From: Octopus vulgaris
Lineage: Eukaryota
Direction of reading: 5' to 3'
DNA: 64,000 nt
Assembly (NCBI GenBank): GCA_951406725.2
Contig: OX597823.1
Location: forward strand, 49,848,001-49,912,000
Shown here: in pieces, positions 1-11,884 of the stretch
Layout of the letters: each line of letters opens with the position of its first letter
How positions within the stretch are numbered: the first letter of the stretch is position 1
Notes under the pieces: model-generated
What the model was told of the DNA's origin: nothing
Database searches by the model: none
The model's input: only the letters and a program-made list of their open reading frames with translations
Position numbers and translations under genes: made by a program

Positions 1-691
1 AAAGTAATCTAAGCTCATTAATAAATTGATTGTGTAATTAATGTGTCATAAATTATCTCATATTAAAAATAGAGATGATTTAATATTTATTTCTGAATAT
101 TTACAATCCCTTTTTTACTACTCCTGTATTTGCAAATGAATTCTGAAGATTACAAAAACTACACATTGCATAGATTGCCTTCAACAGAACTACATTCTTC
201 TTGTTTATTATCATGTAATTCAGAGAAGATTTGGCTGCTATTTCTTGCATGGTCAGAAATCACACAAAATTTTTGTTTGCATTGCAACAGCAATCAGCAC
301 ACTTGATATGTCAGCAACAGAGGCTTTTGACTGGCTAAAATTATATGACTTTAAATGCATGTAGCATCTTTGTTGATAATTTCTAGAAAAAATAAATGCG
401 ATTTTCATCATCATAGGCAAAACTTACACCAGAACTACATTTTGAAAATAATCTGGTGAAAATTTGGAAAGCTTCAAGTACTTGAAAGGAATTTAACAAG
501 ATCCGTTTCTTTACAAATCATTTTTGTTTTTCTGTGTATGTGTATGATGGACAGCTAGATATTATGTCTCTAAGGTATGTGGAGGAGGGGGGATCTGTGT
601 GCATGGACTCTCTCTGTCTCTCTTTTTCTGTCAGTTTCTCTCTCTCTTTATGGACTAACTGTCTCACTGTGTGCATAGACTGAATGGATTG

Positions 692-693
<2 letters not shown>

Positions 694-742
<49 letters not shown>

Positions 743-938
743 CTTTCTTTATCTCTCTCTCTTTCTTTTTCTCTGTGTTTGGGTTATCTGTTTGTCTCTG
801 TGTATATGGACTGTCTTCCTCTCTTTCTCTCTCTGTCTTTCTCCTTTTCTCTCTGTCTACCTCTACGTACATGAAATCTCTCTCTCTCTTTCTTTCCCTC
901 TGAGCTTGGGTTATCTGGACTGTCTTTCTTTCTTTCTT

Positions 939-987
<49 letters not shown>
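694..987. repeat. (CT)n / pyrimidine-rich microsatellite cluster
   Basis: Pure CT runs at 694-740 and about 944-987 inside CT-rich low-complexity sequence; these explain the SLSLSL/ERERER ORFs. Confidence 0.95.
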
Positions 988-990
<3 letters not shown>

Positions 991-3184
991 CTTCTTATCT
1001 TCCTTTCTTTCTCTATGGACCATCACTGTCTATTTGTATATAGACTGCTTCAGTGTCTTTATGAGTGTGGAAAGGTGTCTATCTTTCTCTGGACACACTG
1101 TATCTCTGTCTCTGTGAATGTACAGAATGTCTCTATATGAATATAAGACCATCAGTCTTTCTACAAGTGGAACTCTCAGTCTGTCTGTGAGTAAACTGTT
1201 TGAGTATGCATGTAAATTCTGTATATATGTAGATAGTCAGCTACTGTGCAACTTTAGCCTATCTATCTTTGTCTATGGACCTTTTCTATGTGTGTGTATG
1301 TGAATGGATTGCTTCTATGTATCTTTCTGACTACCTCAGTCACCTTATCCATCCATTTCATTACTAGAAGAATACTGACACCACTTTGTCCATCATTGCT
1401 ACCCACCCAGAAAAACTTGTATCTATGTCTCTTGCTTGTAAGCAGTCTAGCTGAGACTCCCCTCCATCATACTTCTTGCATGCAGCATACATCTACACAC
1501 CTCCACTCAAGCATTTCGATTAGCTTTCCATTGTGCCAACATTAATTGTGGCAACTCTGAGCTTGTAGATCTGGGAAGAAGGTTGGGGGTATGTTTTCAG
1601 ATCTGGAAAGAAAAATATCTTTGAGGCTGCATGCCTGGAGGCAAAGGATCCTTGTGCTTAGTGTGAAGCATGAGTTACAATTACTGTTCCAATTTCCTTC
1701 AATCTTGAAACGCCTTCATGGGTATGCACATACATGCATATAAATGTAAGCATACAAGCACATACATATAATTATGTGCACAAATATATATATCTGTAGT
1801 TCAATACACCTGCTCATGGATGGGAAAACAAACATACATAAACATTCAGCATGTGTGCATGTGCCAGCTTCCTTCACAGAGGTGGTAGTGAGGGATGGGT
1901 GGGAGGTAAAAAGAGATTCAGTTGAGATCGCACAAGATGTTCTTCCATGAAGGTTGTGTGTGTGTGTGTATACATATATATATATATATATATACATACA
2001 CATATATTCATACATACATATATATATATGTATATATTTACAGACATACACATATATATATATATTTGCATACACATATATATACACACACATGTGTGTG
2101 TGTAGGTAGCAATATAAAATTTAATAAAGAATTTATTTGTAATTATACTATAATTATATTAATTAATTAGTATTATTATAATCATGACAGGTCAAGAAAA
2201 TAGCCCAAAATTGAAGTACTTGGAATTAGTTTGATTAAATTATAAAAACAAAAATTAAATTAAATTTTTAATAAATAAATAAATAATTAAATGTAAAATA
2301 TGGAAGATATTTTCATAAAAGATCTAGTAAAGATTTCAACCAGCGATATCATTCGATTAAATTGTTTTAGCATTTGGGGAAAGTTTTATTGATGTGATCA
2401 CAGCTATTTTTAGATGTTTTTCCATTATTTTTATGCTTGCATTATACAAATTAAAGTCAAAAATACACTGCTACAAATGGAAATATTAAATACAGCATTG
2501 AATATTGTTAAGCCATGTTTGAATACAGCTTGTTTTATTTACTAGTTATATCTCAGTACAAACTAAAATTATAAAAATTTTGTTCCTTATTTATTTAGAT
2601 TTTTCTTCATTTTTTTTCTTTTTTCACCTTTTATATTTTTGTTTTGTTTGTTTTTTTTTATCCCCATTTTTTTTTTCGTTTTTGTTTCTGTTTTGTTGTT
2701 GTGTATTGTTTTGTTTTATTTTGTTATTCCTATTGTATTGTGCACCGAAATTGATTTTGGTACAATTCTACCCTATTATGTTGAACTGAAACTGGCTAGA
2801 ATCCAATATAAAGTCTTATAGAATTATTTCTTCAAAAAAAGAAAAAAGTAAATAAATAAATAAAAGGAAGAAAGAAAGAAAGAAAAAAGAAAGAAAGAAA
2901 AAAAGAAAGAAAGAGAGAAGAAAAGTGGGAGGAGAAGGTTAATGAAACATTTGTTATTGTTACATTTTTGGTGTGATTCCACCACCAGATATGGAAGTGG
3001 AATCACAGACTGAGTGTGTTCATGTATGGATGATGGATCGATGGTTCATATCTTGTTATAGCTGTCACAGTGTGTCCCTGACCTAAAATACTATACTCCC
3101 CACCCCAGTTCCAACTCAATACTCTTAGTTGCAAAAAAAACTTCCCATAATAAATGGGGAATAGGGAGTCTGAGCCAATAAGGG

Positions 3185-3261
3185 AACCTCTACATGGTTG
3201 CTCGATCTGCTAGAAATAGCAGCTAAATCTTCCTCAAAGTCATACCCTGTCTTCTTACTTG

Positions 3262-3305
<44 letters not shown>

Positions 3306-3420
3306 AGATATAATGTAATTTGAATAATGTGGTCCTAGGTTTTCCTGCACATAGTATGGAGAACCAGTCATGGCTAGAATACCTTTGATCATAGGTCTGC
3401 TTGATAAGAATTGACCAAGA
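3185..3420. mobile_element. Unclassified short interspersed repeat (family F, core CTGCTAGAAATAGCAGCYAAAT)
   Basis: The same core and a GATCATAGGTCTGCT segment recur at about 15880-16100, 31650-31880, 58310-58520, 60245-60385 and 62250-62450, and inverted at about 57240-57365 and 58990-59170. Confidence 0.7.
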
Positions 3421-3606
<186 letters not shown>

Positions 3607-3619
3607 GTATATATATATG

Positions 3620-3859
3620 AAGGCGCATGGCTCAGTGGTTAGAGCGTCGAGCTTACGATCGCGAGGTTGTGAGCTCGAATCCCGGACCGGGCTGTGTGTT
3701 GTGTTCTTGAGCAAGGCACTTTATTTCACGTTGCTCCAGTTCACTCAGCTGTAGAAATGAGTTGCGACGTCACAGGTGCCCAGACTTGTATCCCTGAGGG
3801 TAACGTTCTAGGTGCAATCCCATGGTCATTCATGACCGAAGGGGGTCTTTACCCTTTAC

Positions 3860-3863
<4 letters not shown>
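3620..3863 (+). mobile_element. tRNA-derived SINE (family D), internally deleted
   Basis: Head GGCGCATGGCTCAGTGGTTAGAGC (A box) followed by B-box-like GCTCGAATCCC; body TGTGTTCTTGAGCAAGGCACTTTA; tail TTTACCCTTTACCC. A longer copy lies at 16545-16862. Confidence 0.85.
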
Positions 3864-3906
<43 letters not shown>

Positions 3907-4019
3907 GTGTGTGTATGTGTGTGTTTGTGTATGTATGTGTATGTGTGTATGTGTGTGTATGTTGTGTAAGTGTGTTTTGTATATGTGTGTGTGTGCTGGT
4001 AAGGCCTAAAAATTTCCCA

Positions 4020-4460
4020 TGCTGGTGTCACACAAAATGCACCCATGGTAGTGCTAAGTAAAAACTACCTGTGGTGGTGCCATGTAAAAAGCACTCATGC
4101 CAGTGCTCCATAAAAAGCACCCATGTTGATGCCTCATATAGAGCACATGCACCAGTGCCATGTATAAAGCACTTGTGTTGGCATCATGCGAAAAAGCACC
4201 AGTGGCCGGTCCCAGTACATTATGTAGAGAGTTGGTGTTATGAAGGGCATCCAGCCATAGAAACCATGCCAAAACTGACAATTGGAGCTTGGTGCAGTTC
4301 TCTAGTTTGCCAGCTTCTGTCAAACTGTCCAACCCATATCAACATAGAAAACCGATGTTAAATGATGATAATGATGATGGCGATAATAACGATGATGATG
4401 ATGATGATTATGATGATGATGATGGTGATGATAATGATGATGATGATGATGATGATGTTA
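4020..4460 (+). mobile_element. 3' UTR fragment of RTE-type LINE with (GAT)n tail
   Basis: Matches the 3' end of the 25907-27240 element (GAAGGGCATCCAGC, AACCCATRYCARCATRGAAA, then GAT repeats). Confidence 0.75.
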
Positions 4461-4482
4461 TACTATGGGCTTTCTTCAGTTT

Positions 4483-4714
4483 CTTATTTCTTTGCTGCTC
4501 ATAAGGGGCTAAACATAGAGGGGACAAACAAGGACAAACAAAGGGATTAAGTCGATTACATCAACCCCAGTGTGTAACTGGTACTTATTTAATTGACCTC
4601 GAAAGGATGAAAGGCTAAGTTGACCTTGGCAGATTTTGAACTCAGAATGTAGCGGCAAACGAAATACCACTAAGCATTTCATCCGGCATGCTAACATTTC
4701 TGCCAACTCACCGC
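4483..4714 (-). mobile_element. tRNA-related SINE (family B) inserted into a family A SINE head
   Basis: Reverse complement of the family B sequence seen at 14837-15240. Flanked by the imperfect duplication TTTCTTCAGTTT / TTTTTCCAGTTT; the family A head continues to about 4872. Confidence 0.8.
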
Positions 4715-5094
4715 TTTTTCCAGTTTTTGTCTACCAAATCCACTCACAGAGCTTTGTTTAACCTGGGGCCATTGTAGAAGACCCTTGTCACTAGCCCAAG
4801 GTGCCATGCAGTGAGACAGAACCGAAAACACCATGACTGGAAAGCGAGCTTCTTGAGCACACAGCCACACCTGAGTAATAGATGAAGGCCACTGATCCTT
4901 TTATGAGAAGAAGTAAAAAAAATTGTTGGAAACTTCCATCTCAACTACAAGTAAGTTGGTGGATCTATTTGTGTGAAGAATGGAAAGTGTAACATATCCT
5001 GCTCTTGTAATTCAGTGGAGAGCAGAGATAATGAAGGTGTTGTTGACTTAGCTGTCAGCAGTGAAAGAAGATGAAAGATATAGTGAAGATGGTG

Positions 5095-5128
<34 letters not shown>

Positions 5129-5254
5129 TGCATTTGAGTGAATGTGTGTGTGAGTGTGCATGTGTGTGTGGATGTTTGTGTGCATGTGTGTGTGCATGTG
5201 TGTGTGTGCATGTGTGTGTGTGCATGTGTGTGCATGTGTGTGCATGTGTGTGCA

Positions 5255-5315
<61 letters not shown>

Positions 5316-5342
5316 ATGTGTGTGTGTGGAGAGAGAGAGAGA
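5095..5342. repeat. (GT)n / GTGCAT compound microsatellite
   Basis: Direct observation. Confidence 0.95.
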
Positions 5343-5819
5343 AAGAAGGGAAATATTGGGCAAAGAGAGGTGATGCGAGTACAGAATGCTGATAAATTCA
5401 CTTGCTGTAAGGGAGTGGAAAGTGGAAAGTTTCAGTGTCTGGTAATTCAGTGGAGAGTTGTGAAAGACGAAGATGAAGTTGGCCAAGCTGTCAGCAGTGA
5501 ATGAAGAGGGAAGATGCGGTGAAAAGAAGGTGTGTGAGCGGAGTGAGGGAAGAAGATCAAAGAAGAATTGGAAGAAGCGTTGTGTATACTCTTTAACATA
5601 ATATTATCTGTTGATAACCAAAGATGTTGACCTCTATGTGCTGACCTAACATGCTCAAAATAACAACCAAATCTCCCTCAACACTAATCCTACAATCCCC
5701 CCAAATAGAACATATTGGAGAAAGTATTAAGAAATATACAGAGTCTCTGGAAAGTTACAGCTGGCATATCTTTGGTAATAAGCTGTGTAATCGGAAATGT
5801 TCAGTATATTCAACAGACT

Positions 5820-6523
5820 GGCGCCCAGTTGGCTACTATGACGAAGGTTCCAGTTGATTCGATCAATGGAACAGCTGCATGTGAAAACAATATGCAAGTG
5901 GCAGAGCATTCCACAGACACATGTCCCCTTAATATAGTTCTCAAGGAGATTCAGCATGACACAGAATGCGGTAAATCTGGCCCTTTGAATTACCGGTACT
6001 ACTCATTTTTGTCAGCTGAGTGGACTGGAGCAACATGAAATAGTGTCTTGCTCACGGACACAACACGTCGCTGGGAATTGAACTCATGACCTTACGATCA
6101 TGAGCTGAATGCCCTAACCACTAAGCCACAAGCCTTCACATGCATGTATACACACACACACACACACAATGTATGAGTAATGTGAAACAAAAAGTCTTGT
6201 TCAAGGACAAAACACACCCCAGGAAATTGACCTCATGACCTTACGAAATTTCGGCCTGTTCTTGAAATTAATGTGCAAGTGGCTGATCATTTCACAGACA
6301 CAGGTACCCTAAATGTAGTTCTCAGGGATATTCAGCATGAAACACTGAATGTGACAAGGCTGGCCCTTTAAATTACAGATACAACTCATTATTACCAGCT
6401 GAGTGAACTGGAGCAACATGAAATAAAGTGTCTTGCTCAAGAACACAATGTGCTGCCAGGAATTGAACCCATGCTTTACAACCATGAACCAAATGCCTGA
6501 ACCACTATGCTATGCACCTTCAC
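5820..6523 (-). mobile_element. Two to three tandem tRNA-derived SINE copies (family C)
   Basis: Shared body AAGTGGCTGAGCACTCCACAGACAC...GTAGTTCTCAGGGAGATTCAG...GTGTCTTGCTCAAGGACACAA with a reverse-strand tRNA head (GAATTGAACTC...CCTAACCACTAAGCCA). Other copies at 14678-15403, 17035-17352, 21915-22245 and 41838-42148. Confidence 0.85.
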
Positions 6524-6691
6524 AGGTTCGACAATAACAACCACAGCCTAGCATTCATTAATGAAACAAGTGTAAGCTCTTGGGGTACATTGAAGTCAAG
6601 TGCCTGGCTGAAGGATAATTTACTCCCTTTCTCCCACCACTCCTCAGAGTCCTTCTAAAAGATCTGCCCTTCCTCCTCTCACTAAATGATG

Positions 6692-6752
<61 letters not shown>

Positions 6753-7354
6753 TAGTAGCAGCAGCAGCAGCAACATAAGTGACAGGTTCATGAGAGTGTG
6801 ACACAAAATTTGTGTCACACCCTAATGTTGCATTTGCTCCAGTTCTTTACGTTCTGAGTTCGAAACCATTGAGGTCATCCCAGTGACTGTTCCTCCACCT
6901 CAAATGAAATGTTAGAAATAACCTGAAGGCATGCCAATACTTCTTTACTAAAATAGTTATTTATAGGGGTGGGGGAAATGTTATTTTGTGCACACATGTA
7001 TCACGAATAAAATCTTGCAGTACGTACTTCAACAAATTGCAATATCTCATTACACAAACCGACAGACTGTCCTTGAAAAATATCTAGGAAAAAGTATCCA
7101 TTCTGTGTGCTGGAGCATTATTTCATAGAAGACAAAAAAAAAAAAAATTAAAACACTGACATTTAGATGTTTTCTATTTCATGATGGAAATAAATTAATT
7201 TTCAAAACTGGCATATTCCTCCTGTACCAGTTTGTCATTTATTTGTGCCAATGATGCAATGCTGGGCTACCACAACGTTTTTTATACATTACTTGTGTCT
7301 TTGAAAAAAAATACTGAATAATTCTATTCAGTGCTCTCCCTAACTAGTTTTGTT

Positions 7355-7409
<55 letters not shown>

Positions 7410-7417
7410 CATATTAA

Positions 7418-7672
7418 GTTGTGTCTGGGGAGAGTCATTCTCTTTTAGTGCCTTATTATTTAACACACTCACCGGTAAAGTTTCCACTCATTTACTTATT
7501 TATTTTTCCTAAACTTTTAATTTCAAGATGTAATGAAAATTCACTGGTGAGTGTGTTAAATAATAAGGCACTAAAAGAAAATTACTCTCCCCAGACACAA
7601 CAAAATATGCTTCAACACACGAACTCACATAAAGTCTCTTGCAAACCAAATCCAAAAACGAAGTATATATAT
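7418..7672. mobile_element. Short element with about 58-bp inverted arms, Penelope-like terminal repeat remnant
   Basis: TTGTGTCTGGGGAGAGTCATTCTC...ACACACTCACCGGT (about 7419-7476) is inverted at about 7543-7600. The element is flanked by TA runs, and a partial second copy lies at about 23614-23695. Confidence 0.55.
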
Positions 7673-7998
7673 ATATACATTTTCAGAATAATATGATAGA
7701 AAAATAATTTTTTTTCTTTTGAAAACAAAATGTTTAGAAAATAAAATTGTAAAGATAAATTTTCAAGTTTCATAATTCAGGCAAAACAAGGAAAATAAAC
7801 CACTTGCAGTACTGTCCGGACTCAGTCGAATTATTGCATCTGTTTTCTAGCCATAAAAGCCGTGCCAAAGCAGACAGTGGAGCTTGGTGCAGTCCTTTAG
7901 CTTGCCAGATCCTGTCAAACCAGCCAACCCCTGCCACCATGGAAAATAGATATTCAATGATGATGATAATATATATATAAATATATATATGATGTCAA

Positions 7999-8043
<45 letters not shown>

Positions 8044-8046
<3 letters not shown>

Positions 8047-8702
8047 TCATAAATGAGGGCAAAAGAAAAAAAATTCTAATGCCAAATATGCCGAAAAATT
8101 GGACATATTGTCCATTAACCATATAATTTTTTCACAATACGCATGCTACTCGAAAAAGGTCGACAGAAATTTCTAAAAAATTCCATTATTACCATATCGG
8201 ACTGATTTCAGAGTTAGCTACTAAGAGCCCTCTCTTCGTCAGTGATACATGTGGCAAAAGAAATAAATGAGATACTTACTCATACCCATGGAAGAAGCAA
8301 ATACTAAGTCATGGGCACAACTAAGTACCCCAAATACATCCAAAATAGAAATACTCCAGCCCATTCGAGGCACGTGCGATTTGAACTGAGGCTCTCACAG
8401 AGTGAGTTAGTTAGTTCGGAAGTGAACGCTTAAATTTATATCAAATGTGAGGATAAAATTCTTTTCGAAAAAAAATATTTTCTCGAAAAAAATTTTATCA
8501 ATGGCCAGCATATTAAAAAATACCTTTAATGGTTAAATTTATAAACAATTCATAAATGAGGGCAAAGGAAAAAAAATTCTAATGCCAAATATGCCGAAAA
8601 ATTGGACATATTGTCCATTAACCATATAATTTTTTCACAATACGCACGCTACTCATTCAAGAAAATATTTTTTTTTCGAAAAGAATTTTATCCTCACATT
8701 TG

Positions 8703-8707
<5 letters not shown>
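8044..8707 (-). mobile_element. Non-autonomous Penelope-like / retrozyme-like element with direct and inverted repeats
   Basis: 108-bp direct repeats at 8044-8151 and 8547-8654; about 50-bp inverted repeats at 8437-8487 and 8656-8707; an internal hammerhead; a tRNA-like B-box; (TA)n on both flanks. Confidence 0.7.
8190..8247 (-). ncRNA. Type I hammerhead ribozyme (predicted)
   Basis: The minus strand reads TATCA-CTGACGA-AGAG[AGGGCTCTTAGTAGCTAA]CTCT-GAAA-TC[AGTCC]GA-TA-TGGTA. It has the complete CUGANGA / GAAA / NUH core (AUA), a 5-bp stem I with one G-U, a 4-bp stem II and a 3-bp stem III. Confidence 0.65.
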
Positions 8708-8733
<26 letters not shown>

Positions 8734-8824
8734 AATATCACATGATCACATGATCGACCAGATTATCAAATGCACTTTGCATCATTTTAACTTTTGAAGG
8801 ATGCCACTCCACTGTTATTAGTTA

Positions 8825-9190
8825 AAGTTAAGGTAAAGTTACCTTTTTGAGCCATGCTGACTCATAAGGGCCAGTTTCCCAGTTTCATCGCAGGATTACT
8901 CATTTTTGCCAGTTGAGTGGACTGGAGCAATATGAAATGAAATGTTTTGCTCAAGAACACAATGTGCTGCCTGGTCCAGGAATTGAAACCACAATCTTAC
9001 AATCATGAGTCCAACACCCTAACCACTAAGCCATTAGAAGCTATTCTAATGCAAGGTTACCCATTTACAGCTGACTGAACTGGATCATTGCGAGATGAAG
9101 TGTTTTGCTCAAAAACACAATGCGTTCCTTGGTCCAAGAATGGAACCCAAAATCTAGTGATCATGGGTGCAACATCCTAACCATGAGATT
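8825..9190 (-). mobile_element. Two tandem tRNA-derived SINE fragments (family C/D head)
   Basis: The segment GCTCAAGAACACAATG...CCAGGAATTGAAACCACAATCTTAC...CCTAACCACTAAGCCA occurs twice; a similar copy lies at 31885-32132. Confidence 0.75.
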
Positions 9191-10557
9191 ATTGTGTGGA
9201 AAGTGAGATGGAGAAAGAAAGTTTGATAGAAGAGGATGAGACAAATAAAGAAGAAAAAGAAAAGAAAAGGATAGATAAAATGTAAAGAGAAAGAATATGG
9301 AAAACATGTAAAAAAAAAAAGCAAAAAATAAAACCTGCAAGTTGTAACAAGACTGCAGTGGAAATTAAATGAAAGGAAAGAAATTAGAGATTTTGAGACA
9401 GGATAACAGGAAAAACCTAAATCCATTAAGAAAATCACAGGAAGGTTAAAGCAGTGTATTAAAAAAGCTAGAATAATCTAATGCAAAAGAAAACTACTTC
9501 TTTCAGGCTTTGTATTCCTTGTTTTGTTTTTGTTCAATCTCTTCCTTTTGGCTGTTTCTTTGCCTATGTTGAATCTATCCCATATTAGATTCTCTTTGCT
9601 ATCAAATAAGAACACATTTCATTCAGCAGAACAATTTTATATTCATTAACTCAATTATATGATCGAAACAGTTCTAGAGAAATGTACTAAATATTTGTGC
9701 ACAAAATTGCATTGGTTGTAAAGGAAAATGAAGGAAAAATCTTGCAGAGATGGAAAGTGTTATTACAATCAAATGTAAGGTAAATGAAGACATGTGAATT
9801 AGGAAAAAGGAGAAAAAAATTGACTTGCAATTATGATGTTGGCAAGTTCTCATAATCCAGTTTTTGCGCCATTCAAAATGTAAAAAAGAGGAGAAAGAAG
9901 TAATTACATCATCACCTCAATCTTGCAGATTCTGCACTTATTGTAGATATTTCAAAGGGCAGTAGGATTTGTGGTTACTGAAAAAGAACATACATTTTGG
10001 ATACAAAATTGCTTTTAAATTTCACATTATACGGGAAACAGATTTGAATAGAATTCTAGAAACCAATGACAATCCAAGAATATACCAAAGCCAAAATTTG
10101 TTTATAGACATCACCTTTTTACAATACCAAAATTCTAAGATCATGTTTGCCTTTTACTGTTTTTCTTATTGATTTGATAAGCACACGGTGTGTAAAATTA
10201 ACTCACTAACCAATGCATAGTGAACACAATTCAACCAATCAACAAAAGGAAATATGAAAATCTCAACCAATAGAAATAAAGAATTCAATGAGAACAGAAC
10301 AAGCTTGTCACATAAAGAAATAATGAATCAGCTATCTTTTATCTTTTACTTGCTTCAGTCATTAGACTGTAGCCATGCTGGGGCACTGCCTTGAAGAGAT
10401 TTTAGTCAAAGAAATTGAACCCCTGTACTTTTTTATTAAGCTGAGTACTTATTATACTGCTCATTTCCTCTGAACTACTAAGTTACAGAGACATAAACAC
10501 ACCAACACCAGTGGCCAAGCAGTAGTGGAGGACAGACACAAACTACATATATATATA

Positions 10558-10781
10558 CTCTCTTTACTCTTTTACTCTTTTACTTGTTTCAGTCATTTTG
10601 ACTGCGGCCATGCTGGAGCACCGCCTTTAGTCGAGCAAATCGACCCCGGGACTTATTCTTTGTAAGCCCAGTACTTATTCATCAGTCTCTTTTGCCGAAC
10701 CGCTAAGTGACGGGGGCGTAAACACACCAGCATCGGTTGTCAAGCAATGCTAGGGGACAAACACAAACACACAAACACACG

Positions 10782-10819
<38 letters not shown>

Positions 10820-10984
10820 CGACAGGCTTCTTTCAGTTTCCGTCTACCAAATCCACTCACAAGGCATTGGTCGGCCCAGGGCTATAGCAGAAGACACTTG
10901 CCCAAGATGCCACGCAGTGGGACTGAACCTGGAACCATGTGGTTGGTTAGCAAGCTACTTACCACACAGCCACTCCTGCACCTA
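10558..10984 (-). mobile_element. Full-length tRNA-derived SINE (family A, about 420 bp)
   Basis: Minus-strand head TAGGTGCAGGAGTGGCTGTGTGGTAAG...GGTTCAGTCCCA, central TA/CA microsatellite and GAGTAAAA-repeat tail. Near-identical to 49038-49460, with partial copies at 10335-10540 and 10985-11130. Confidence 0.9.
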
Positions 10985-11364
10985 TGATGAACTTTTTTCA
11001 GTTTCTGTCTACCAAATTCACTTACAAGGCTATTGTCAGCCCAAAGCTGTAGTAAAAGTTGTCATATTGTGGGACTGAACCCAGAACCAGGTGGTTGGAA
11101 AGCAAGCTTCTTATCACACAGACACACATATGCATATCATGAAAGTACCATTTCAACCATCTAAAAACGCCCAAAAACTGTTATATTCGTTTTACATTCA
11201 TTTTGTTGTGAGATATCAAGATTTTTGGCATAACCCAGTGACCTGGTTTTCGATACAATGCCACCATGATAGTTAAAAATTTTGTTTGTGTTTATTCTTT
11301 TAGTCAAGAGGAAAGTAAGATGCTGTCCATGATTCTTTACAGAGCCTCCAGAATGAGTGTAAAA

Positions 11365-11537
11365 GAGAGAGAGAGAGAGAGAGATACAATGAGAGAGAGA
11401 GAGAGACAATGAGAGTAAGAGAAACATTGAGAGAGAGAGAGACAATGAGAGACAGAGAAACAATGAGAGAGAGAGAGACAATGAGAGAGAGAGAGACAAT
11501 GAGAGAGAGAGAGACAATGAGAGAGAGAGGGAGAGAG
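11365..11537. repeat. About 18-bp minisatellite (GAGAGAGAGAGAGACAAT)n
   Basis: About eight ACAAT-punctuated GA runs. Confidence 0.9.
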
Positions 11538-11884
11538 TGGCATGCATTCAGGGCAGGTGCTCGCAACTGAATAGAACTCTGTAATGGTACACAGATGCTG
11601 GGTTGTATAGCTAAACCAAGTGATGGAATAATTGTTGAGCCTAAACGCCAAGTAGGTCACAGTGACAATTGAACTCAAACACAAAGAGCTGAAAAAATAC
11701 TGCCAGACATCTCCCCTAAAGCTTTAAGATTTCTACCAGTTCCATACCCCAAACTGGTATTTTATCGATCTTAGAAGGATGAAAAACAAAGTTTACCTTG
11801 GGATTTGAACTCAGAATGCAAAGTATTGGAGTAAACATCAGAGGGCATTTCATTCAATATTCAAATGACTCTGACTATTCACCA

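Noticed and set aside
3620-3692. SINE heads as functional tRNA genes
   Set aside because: They have A/B boxes but run directly into SINE bodies present in many diverged copies, without a complete acceptor stem.
9648-9783. Peptides LNYMIETVLEKCTKYL and VHKIALVVKENEGKILQRWK faintly recalling a MAD2/HORMA segment
   Set aside because: Needs a frameshift, stops lie immediately upstream, and there is no acceptor or other HORMA exons; likely coincidence unless BLASTX says otherwise.
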